Below are positions 54,857 to 64,000 of a stretch of DNA of 64,000 nt, piece by piece (position 1 is the stretch's first letter; the number at the start of each line of letters is the position of its first letter). The position numbers and the translations under genes were made by a program. Source of the DNA: Octopus sinensis (Eukaryota); assembly GCF_006345805.1 (NCBI RefSeq), contig NC_042999.1, positions 161,324,001-161,388,000 on the forward strand. Direction: 5' to 3'. The notes under the pieces were generated by a model. It searched no databases, was not told the DNA's origin, and was given only the letters and a program-made list of their open reading frames with translations.

Positions 54857-55065
54857 AATATATTATAACAATAAAATATTGTTATAAATAACTAAAAATA
54901 TATATAAATGTAAATACCATATTGTATTATATCTTACCATCATTAACTGCAGAGAAAAGTCCTCCGCAAATCATAGAATGTTACACCAGTATATTACAAA
55001 ATACTAAAATTTAATAGTATAATATAACATAAACTAAAAGAATAAATAAAATACACCAAAATATA

Positions 55066-56185
55066 TTAGGTCTCAAGTATGAAATTTCTAGTAAGGGATA
55101 TGGTAAACTTTGACAGCTGCTCATTTTGCGCCAATATTATAGTTTGACAATCTTTATTTTTTGTTAGAAAGCTGACACATCTATTTCTTTAACTCATTTT
55201 ACGCTTTATAAAGTATTTACAAATAGTTTTTTGGTATTTTTGTTTAGAGATGGATAAGTCGGAAATTCGTACAGTTTTGAAAATATGAGTCCTTTCTTGG
55301 AAATACAGCATCACAGACAGTTCAGAATATTAATGGATTATTTCATTCTAATGTTAATACACAGCAGACAGTATCAAATTGGTTTGCAAAATTTCGTTCT
55401 TGTAACTTTGTCCTCACAAATGAGCAACGCGTTCGACCAGAAACAAAGGTGGATAATGACGAACTGAAAGCCACCGTCGAGTCAGATCCATCTTAAAGGG
55501 TCCGTGAGTTATCGTTGTTGTTTGGTGTTAGCAAGCAAATAATATTGACTCACCTAGTTCAAATCGGTAAAGTGAAAAAGTTGGATAAGTAGGTTCCACA
55601 TGAACTCAAAGAAAATCAGAAGCAGCAATGTTTGGAAGCCTGCATTATGCTACTTTCTCGTGTCAAAAATGAATCATTTTTGAATCGAATTGTAACTTGT
55701 GATGAGAAATGGATCCAGTACAAGAAACATAAATGTTCAGCACAATGGCTGGACAAAGACGAGCCACCAAAACACAATCCAAAAAGCAAAATTCATCAAA
55801 AGAAGCTGATGGTGTGTGTTTGGTGGTCTGGCGCACTATGATTTCATTAAACCTGGCTCATCAATCATGACCACAGTATACTGTAGCCAACTGGACCAAA
55901 TAATGCAGAATTTTTTTAAAAAAACAGCCTAGATTAGTCAACAGGTCCACTCCTATTTTATTGCAACGCCAGCCCGCACATCACAAAAATGATATTGGCA
56001 AAACTACAGGAGTTGGAGTTGGAAGTTCCCCATCATCCACCATACTCACCTGATCTTACCCCCACTGACTACCACCTCTTCCAGAATTTGGATAACTTTT
56101 GATAGGGAAAAAATTTAATTCCGATGATGTTGTAAAACAGGCCTTCCAAGATTTTATTGACTCTAGATTGCCAGGCTTATACATT
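55066..56185 (+). mobile_element. Decayed mariner (D,D34D-type) transposon, 3'-truncated
   Basis: TA|ttaggtctc left end; ATG at 55250; MDKSEIR..WFAKFRS..*VPHEL..IVTCDEKWI..HPPYSPDLTPTDYHLF; stops and frameshifts; no right TIR seen. Confidence 0.92.
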
Positions 56186-56583
56186 TCTCATTTAGCTAGC
56201 TTCACTTACAAAGCATGTGTTATCCCGAAGTTGTGTTGTCCCGTTCAGCCATACTGCGACTGCACGCGCGCGCCCATACACACAAACACACAAACTCGCG
56301 CGCGCGCACATACACATATATAGGCAGATACGTGTGTGTTTAAATTTTATAGGTTTATATGTATATAGATTGATAAGTGCTAACGCGAGAAAGTCTTGGC
56401 CCTTGAGACACTGTTACTTCTACTAAATATTAATAAATATATGTGTTTGTATATAAATTATGTATGTATGCATTTGTGTTTGTGTAAATATATATACATA
56501 TATACATACGATACATTATTCACCGTAGCCTTAGTTTTTAGAATCTAGAATCTTATGACTAAACCAAGCAAGCTAACCCTCAG

Positions 56584-56682
56584 CATATCCATTTGACAAT
56601 GCTGGTTTGCATAAAGTAAATTTGGAAGTAATAATACATGGCCTATCGTTTATCGACTGGTCTTTCACAGACACTTCTTCAG
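56584..56682 (+). CDS. Candidate 99-nt symmetric phase-1 exon
   Basis: Open frame YPFDNAGLHKVNLEVIIHGLSFIDWSFTDTSS; strong CAG|gtaacg donor, weak acceptor. Confidence 0.2.
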
Positions 56683-57047
56683 GTAACGAAGCAACTTGGC
56701 AGACATTTGACTGCATCAATATATGTTCAAGTCCCTCAAAAACACTAGTTGTGGAAAACTGACGTACGCTCTCAAGCAAGAGAAAATCTTTGTGAGGAAT
56801 ATATAAAATTGAATAAAAATCAATCAACTAGAATACTACCAACAGCGGCAGCCTCATTCGATAGGAATAACAACTTTCGAATTGAAAACTATCGTCTTCA
56901 GGACAGAATGGAAACTGTAAAGATTGACAATCAAATGCCACCGAAAACTGCTTGTTCTAGTCTTTTCCCAGACAGAACAGAGCCCTTTCTTTCACCCATT
57001 GATTGACAAATTGGTGAGATTCTACAGAAATAAAACAGAAATAAAAT

Positions 57048-57451
57048 AAGGCGGCGAGCTGGCAGAAACGTTAGCACGCCAGGCGAAATGCGTAGCCGTA
57101 TTTCGTCTGCCGTTACGTCCTGAGTTCAAATTCCACCGAGGTCGACTTTGCCTTTCATCCTTTCAGAGTCAATTAAATTAGTACCAGTTAGCCGGGTCGA
57201 TATAATCGACTTAATCCCTGGTCTGTCCTTATTTTGTCCTCCTCTGTGTTTAGTCCCTTGTGGGTAGTAAAGAAATAGGTATTTCGTCTTCCGTTACGTT
57301 CTGAGTTTAAATTCCGCCGAGGTCGACTTTGCCTTTCATCCTTTCGGGGTCGATAAATTAAGTACCAGTTACGCTCTGGGGTCGATGTAATCGACTTAAT
57401 CCCTTTGTTTGTCCCCTTTATGTTTAGCCCCTTCTGAGCAATAAAGAAACA
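57048..57451 (+). mobile_element. SINE family B tandem dimer (full unit plus headless unit)
   Basis: Second unit starts at ~57280; possible TSD agaaataaaa at 57037-57046 and 57452-57461. Confidence 0.88.
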
Positions 57452-57959
57452 AGAAATAAAACTGCTCTGTCTTCAATGATCTCACTTATGTTGACTTCTA
57501 TATTATCATTGAAGACAACCTCTTAACTAATCTACGCTGCTTAAGTTGGTGTTAACATCTCCTTTGGAATTCTCTACTCATTTCGTCAACAAATATGGTG
57601 GAATCCTTGATTTGCTGAGGATGTCTAATACACCGGAACATGCCCGATGTTGTCTTCCAATGGCTAATATTAATTATTTCTAATTCGTTTTCGAATGATC
57701 TCTGCATTAAATGTTGACATGAACTACGTTACATGAAGAAAGAGCTTCTCACTATTTTGCCTGTCTCTCAAGCAATACCAATAACTAATAACACACACAC
57801 ACACACACACAAACACACAACCGCGCACGCGCGCACCAGCTGTTCTCCTCGTCTCTCCTTCTCCATCCTTTTACTATTTCTGTCTGACTTTCCTCCTCAT
57901 TACTTATTCTTTCACACAATCCTCCGTCTTCTTTCTCTTTTACTTTGTCTTTATCTCCC

Positions 57960-59075
57960 TCAACCTCTCTCTGTCTCTTCTTACTCCATCCCCCTCACAA
58001 TTATTCTCCCTCCTCTCCTTCTATCTCTTAGCCTTTCCTCTCTCTCTCTCTCCCTTCTCTCCCCCTCTCTCTTTCCCTCTCTTTCTCTTCTTACTCTCTC
58101 CCCCTCACAATTATTCTCCCTCCTCTCCTTCTATCTCTTAGTCTTTCTTCTCTCTCTCTCCCTTCTCTCCCCCTCTTTCTCTCCCTCTCTGTCTCTTCTT
58201 ACTCCATCCCCCTCACAATTATTCTCCCTCCTCTCCTTCTATCTCTTAGCCTTTCCTCTCTCTCTCCCTTCTCTCCCCCTCTCTCTCTTCCCTCTCTGTC
58301 TCTTCTTACTCCATCCCCCTCACAATTATTCTCCCTCCTCTCCTTCTATCTCTTAGCCTTTCCTCTCTCTCTCCCCTTCTCTCCCCCTCTTTCTCTCCCT
58401 CTCTTTCTCTTCTTACTCTCTCCCCCTCACAATTATTCTCCCTCCTCTCCTTCTATCTCTTAGCCTTTCCTCTCTCTCTCTCCCTTCTCTCCCCCTCTCT
58501 CTCTCCCTCTCTTTCTCTTCTTACTCTATCCCCCTCACAATTATTCTCCCTCCTCTCCTTCGATCTCTTAGCCTTTCCTCTTCTCTCTCTCCCTTCTCTT
58601 CTCCCCCTCTCCTCTCTCCTCCCTCTCTTTCTCTCTTACCTACCATCCCCCTCACAATTATTCTCCCTCCTCTCCTTCTATCTCTTAGCCTTTCCTCTCT
58701 CTCTCTCTCCCTTCTCTACCCCTCTCTCTCTCCCTCCCTCTCTTCTCTTCTTACTCCATCCCCCCCCTCACAATTATTCTATTCTCCCTCCTCTCCTTCT
58801 ATCTTCTTAGCCTTTCCTCCTCTCTCTTCTCTCCCTTCTCTCCCCCCTCCCTCTCTCTCTCTTCCTCCTCTTTCTCTCTTACTCTATCCCCCTCACAATT
58901 ATTCTCCCTCCTCTCCTTCTATCTGTTAGCCTTTCCTCTCTCTCTCCCTCTCTTTCTCTTCTTACTCTATCCCCCTCACAATTATTCTCCCTCCTCTCCT
59001 TCTATCTCTTTGCCTTTCCTCTCTCTCTCTCTCCATTCTCTCCCCCCTCTCTCTCTCTCTCTCTCTCTTTCTCTT
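57960..59075. repeat. Polypyrimidine minisatellite, 10 units of ~110 bp
   Basis: Core cccctcacaattattct recurs at ~57991, 58101, 58209, 58316, 58423, 58531, 58648, 58764, 58889 and 58972. Confidence 0.93.
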
Positions 59076-59394
59076 GAAGTGTGTAGTTAACAATCAGATT
59101 CAAGAATTTCCCATTCGGTGTCTGCTGCAAGTGACTCTAATGAAACACATTAATTAAAGATGAATAATTCAGTGTCAATAAGCTGGAAGAGGGTCACGTG
59201 AAACAAAAAAAAGAAAAGAAAGAAACAAGGCAAAAACAAAACAAATTCCCAGCTCTGTGTTTAACATCTCAGCCACGTGACCAACAACAGATCGAGAATC
59301 TTCCATACATTCACGACTTCAATGGAAACAGCTTTAACTAAGTTTCTGTTTCCGTATGTGTAATTGTATAAGTGTGTGGATGTCTGAATGTGTA

Positions 59395-59492
59395 AGGTTG
59401 TGTGTGTGTGTGTGTGTGTGTTGTGTGTTGTGTGTGTGTGGTTTGTGGTGTGTGTGTGTGTTGTGTGTGTGTTTGTGTGGTGTGTGTGTTTG

Positions 59493-59525
<33 letters not shown>

Positions 59526-60135
59526 TGTGGTTTTGTGTGTTTATGTTGTGGGTGTGTGTGTGAGTGTGTGTGTGTGTATGTGTGTGTGTGTATGTGTGTG
59601 TGTTGTTTGTTTGTGTGTGTTGTGTGTGTGTGTGTGGTGTGGTTGTGTTGTGTGTGTGTGTGTGGTGGCGTGTGTGTGTCTGTGTGTGTGTGTTTGTGTG
59701 TGTGTTTGTCTGGGTGTTTGTGTGTGTGTGTTTGTCTCTGTGTGGTGTGTTTTGTCTCTGTGTGTGTGTGTGTGTGTGTGCGAGTGAGTGATATAGTCAT
59801 CGTTGATGGATTGCTAAATTTCGTTTGTAAGTTCGCTCGTGTTTTTAATCCAGTCTTACAGCTTTCTTATGCTGCTGATTTTGTTGATAGTTGGTGGTGG
59901 TGGTGGTGGTGGTGGTGGTGGTGGTGGTGGTGGTGGTTGGTGGTGGTGGTGATGGTGGTGGTGGTGGTGGTGTTGGTGGTGGTGGTGGTGGTGGTGGTGG
60001 TGGTGATGGTGGTAGTGGTGGTGGTGGTAGTGGTGGTGGTGATGGTGGTGGTGGTGGTGGTGGTGGTGGTGGTGGTGGTGGTAGTGGTGGTGGTGGTGGT
60101 GGTGGTGATGGTGGTGGTGGTGATGGTGGTGGTTC
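59395..60135. repeat. Degenerate (GT)n array (to ~59785) and (GGT)n array (59892-60135)
   Basis: Direct reading. Confidence 0.92.
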
Positions 60136-60493
60136 GTGTGTCCCGGTGTTTGTCGGATTTCTGATCTTGTTGTTGTTTTCGTTGTTTCTTTTTAATGGTT
60201 GGGTTGGGTTTGGGTTTGGGGGTGGCTGGTTGCGGCGGTCGTGGCGGTGCCGGTGGGGGTGACAGTACTGACGGTTAGTGGCGTTTATTGTAAGGGTTAA
60301 ATCCGAAATCCGAGGAACTTAGTGATTGCTCGCCTTGAGCTACACACACAAACACGCATCAACAAATTCACATGCACTTGTCTCCTGCCCTTATACTAGG
60401 ATCTATTGAATCGACAGGGTACATGATCACCCTGTCTACTCATATTGATTGCCACTATGTTTCACTTGGCCGGTACCTATGTACAGTATGTAT

Positions 60494-60724
60494 AAGGTGG
60501 TGAGCTGGCAGAAACGTTAGCACGTTGGGCGAAATGCATAGCGGTATTTCGTCTGTCTTTACGTTCTGAGTTCAAATTCCGCCGAGGTCGACTTTGCCTT
60601 TCATCCTTTCGGGGTCGATTAAATAAGCACCAGTTACGCACTGGGGTCGATATAATCAGCTTAATTCGTTTGTCTGTCCTTGTTTCTCCTCTGTGTTTAG
60701 CCCCTTGTGGGTAGTAAAGAAATA
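60494..60724 (+). mobile_element. SINE family B, full length, with 16-bp flanking direct repeat
   Basis: ggtacctatgtacagt at 60472-60487 and 60725-60740; 6 extra nt precede the head. Confidence 0.92.
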
Positions 60725-61719
60725 GGTACCTATGTACAGTTTGATGCACTGTTGCAGCTGGGAATTTTGCTTTCAATATGTGCTACGTCTGTGAACTTTA
60801 ACTGTGTTTCCCTAGAGGTGGTTTCAAATCTTGCTAATTTGGATCCATATGTAAGCTGTGCTGTAGAACCAAATTGCCATTAGTTGGGTTGTATAGGTCT
60901 GTGAAGTGCAGCTTTTTTGTTACCTACTTAACAGTTAGGCGAATTGGCCAAAGCTAGACACTTCCCTCCTTTGTGATATCTAGTGATAAACAAATGGTCT
61001 CATTATATTTTCGATTTATAATTATCCTAACTAAATAAGTAAGTAAATGGATCTCCGTCGATTTCTACAATGAGGATTCAATCCTTCGATGAACTGAACA
61101 ACCTGAATTAATGCATGATTGGCTGAATAGTTTCTTTGACACTGGTATCATTAAGGTAATCCACCGGTAAAATCAGTAGGATCCAGCCGGGCCTTTGAAT
61201 AACAGACAATCATACTGTTGGGCTCCCATCTAATCAGTTTCATTCACAGAGCAGTGGGATCGAACCTAATACCTCATGATTGTGAAGCAAACTACTAACC
61301 ATTCGGCCGCGATACGTTCTATATTGATTTAGATAGAATTATTTAGAACTGGGCAACATAATTGTGTGTGATACAAAGTTAAATGAGGTTAACAGCGAGC
61401 ATCAAGAAGCCGCACCACATTTATAGTTACTTCATAGAGTTCCATGGAATGGATTAATTAAGGCTGTAAATCGTATCTAAGTTTGTTACTAATTATAGGT
61501 AAGTGGGTAGTTCTATTTACAGGAAGGTGATTTGTCATGGACATAGTATAGAAGTCATATCAAGAATCGAACTTCGCATAGCCCGATGTCCTAGCAATTA
61601 CACCAGCTGCTGTTCTCTTGAACTACACATAGAGTTTATTTTAACAATATGTTTGAGAAACTAGTGTATGGTCAGTATGTAGAGAGCTGTATAAGAGGAG
61701 GAGTGATGATGGAGGTGGT

Positions 61720-61789
61720 GAAGAAGAAGAAGAAGAAGAAGAAGAAGAAGAAGAAGAAGAAGAAGAAGAAGAAGAAGAAGAAGAAGAAG

Positions 61790-61821
<32 letters not shown>

Positions 61822-61835
61822 GAAGAAGAAGAAGA
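61720..61835. repeat. (GAA)n array
   Basis: Direct reading. Confidence 0.95.
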
Positions 61836-62135
61836 GGTGGTGGTGCAAGAGAAGACAGAAGAGAGTTATGGAGGTTACGATGTGAGAATGAATGAAAGTG
61901 TGCGGCAAATGTACAAACAACTTCATGGTTGACAGAATCTTACAAAATTATTAGCCAGAAGCGTTTAGATGTAAGAAATATGGTTACAAGCGATTGCGTT
62001 GGAACGCTTCGCTATTCTTTGATTTGGCAGAGATTCTACTGCTATAACTATTGTTCTCGTTTCATCCGAGAAGAGACAAGCGAAACCTTTCTGGCATCCC
62101 ATTGGTTTTGTCTTATACTAATATAAATCATATGC

Positions 62136-62210
<75 letters not shown>

Positions 62211-62267
62211 GTATGTATGTATGTATATGTATGTATGTATGTATGTATATATATATAATATAATATA

Positions 62268-62299
<32 letters not shown>

Positions 62300-62305
62300 G
62301 GTATG

Positions 62306-62347
<42 letters not shown>

Positions 62348-62974
62348 ATGTATGTATGTATGTATGTATGTATGTATGTATGTATATATATATATGTATT
62401 ATGCATGTATGTATGTATGTATGTATGTATGTATGTATGTATGTATGTGTGTGTGTGTATTATGTATAAATGAGTGTATGCATGTGTATATGCAAGTGTG
62501 CCAATAGTTAAGCATGAATATAAGTGCATATGTGTTTAAACGCACACACACACACACACACTTATAAATATATATATATACACATAGATACCTTCATACA
62601 TTCATACATACGCATACAAGCACTCACACACAAACCCTGATATACACAAACTCTTTTCCCTATAGGTGTATATAGAGACGTGGCTGTAAGTAAAGAGTAA
62701 ACTCACGTTGTTGTTTCAATTAACTGCTAAACCATTTCAGTAGTTATTAACCTTACATCTCATAAGTTATTAACCCAGCAACATCATATGTTTATTATGT
62801 TATAAACTTGTACTGTATCATATATCTAGATATAGTGAAGTCGCACAGCAATCGTATGTAGTCATATATAGGAGCTAAGAAGAAACTCAGAAATCATTTG
62901 AATATGGATACATTTGTTCGGCTTCGCAGGCGTCTTGCGAGAGATTCCTTTCTCTTGTACTTTTCCATCATAAG

Positions 62975-63188
62975 TACAAGGCCTAAAATTTGGTGGAAGG
63001 GATGCTAGTCGGTTACATCGACCCCAGTACGTGACTAGTACTTTACTTATTTTATCGACCCCGAAATGATGAAAGTCAAAGTTGACTTCGACGGAATTTG
63101 AACTCGGAACGTAAAGACGGACGAAATGCTGGCGAGTATTTTGTCTGGTGTGTTAACGATTCTGTTAACTAACCAGACTCGCCGCCTT
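62975..63188 (-). mobile_element. Diverged family-B-related SINE
   Basis: aaggcggcgag..gagttcaaattcc..actttcatcatttcggggtcgataaa. Confidence 0.75.
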
Positions 63189-64000
63189 CGTCTTTCGAGA
63201 GATTGACATCTGCACTTTATGGGATTTCCATCGGGAGGCAGGCCTGGGGGTAACGCTTCTCTGTCTATTGAAATCATTCAAATTGTTTTACAATTGACAA
63301 AATTCAGAAATCAAACCGGCATCACAAACTTAACTTGCCAATAACTTATCACTGTTCCATTACAAATACACTTTCGATTTTAAAAAGACAAAAAAGAAAA
63401 GAGTCTGTATTTGTATATATGGGTCAATGTATGTTTGTATTTGTGTGTATCGATATGAAACAGACCATGTGATGTAACCTCCAATGTCACACTATAACTG
63501 GTACCTAAACAGTATATGAATTGGAAGAAGCTTGATTTTTAAAGATACCATTTTTAAAGAAAATATGACGCCCATGAAATATTCTTAGTGTCAGTCTACT
63601 GTCCAAGACATGTAAATTACTGTTTCAATTCTCGAGTGAGGATGATAGATTTAATCTATTCCCCAGTCACCTTCTGGTCTGTGAGTGTTGCAAGCATTCG
63701 AACCACAACTCAGTTCTAAGGATTGCTTGATACTTTGATGCAATGCTGCCTGCTGTTACAATCACCGAGTCATGGTGTTTTCATTTCTTTCTCTTTAGCC
63801 ACAGACATTCTAGAAAAAGCTATGGAAGCGGCCATTGCTCAGTTTAAGCGATAAAAACGTGTGCCTGTGGACCCAGCTACCAAAATATACCTTAACGAGA
63901 GTTAAATTCATTCTGTTAGAGAAAGATACCGTGTTATGTTATTTATTAAATATGAAACTACTTAATGTTTGTGGATTCAATGGATCTCGTCGTATAACTA

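Overview
Eukaryotic, AT-rich, repeat-dominated DNA with no complete intact gene. It is very probably octopus/cephalopod intronic or intergenic sequence; this is inferred from the SINE families and extreme microsatellite density, not from a database search. Nearly all ORFs in the supplied track are microsatellite artefacts. Supportable content: (i) decayed Penelope-like elements of at least three types, two carrying minimal hammerhead-ribozyme motifs and one also carrying a tRNA-like segment; (ii) two families of restriction-like-endonuclease (R4/Dong-type) LINEs whose ends abut (AAT)n or (CA)n/(CATA)n on the sense strand; (iii) a ~540-bp non-coding element with fixed ends that always lies between trinucleotide arrays; (iv) a CR1-group LINE sharing its 3' tail with the commonest SINE; (v) three tRNA-derived SINE families, a Ty3/Gypsy remnant, a mariner remnant, a 30-bp-TIR MITE and a long-arm palindromic element; (vi) a 2.35-kb CAT/CAC array, a ~110-bp polypyrimidine minisatellite and a ~635-bp tandem duplication; (vii) a few low-confidence candidate + strand host exons. 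Translations and alignments were done by eye; element boundaries are approximate to a few bases.
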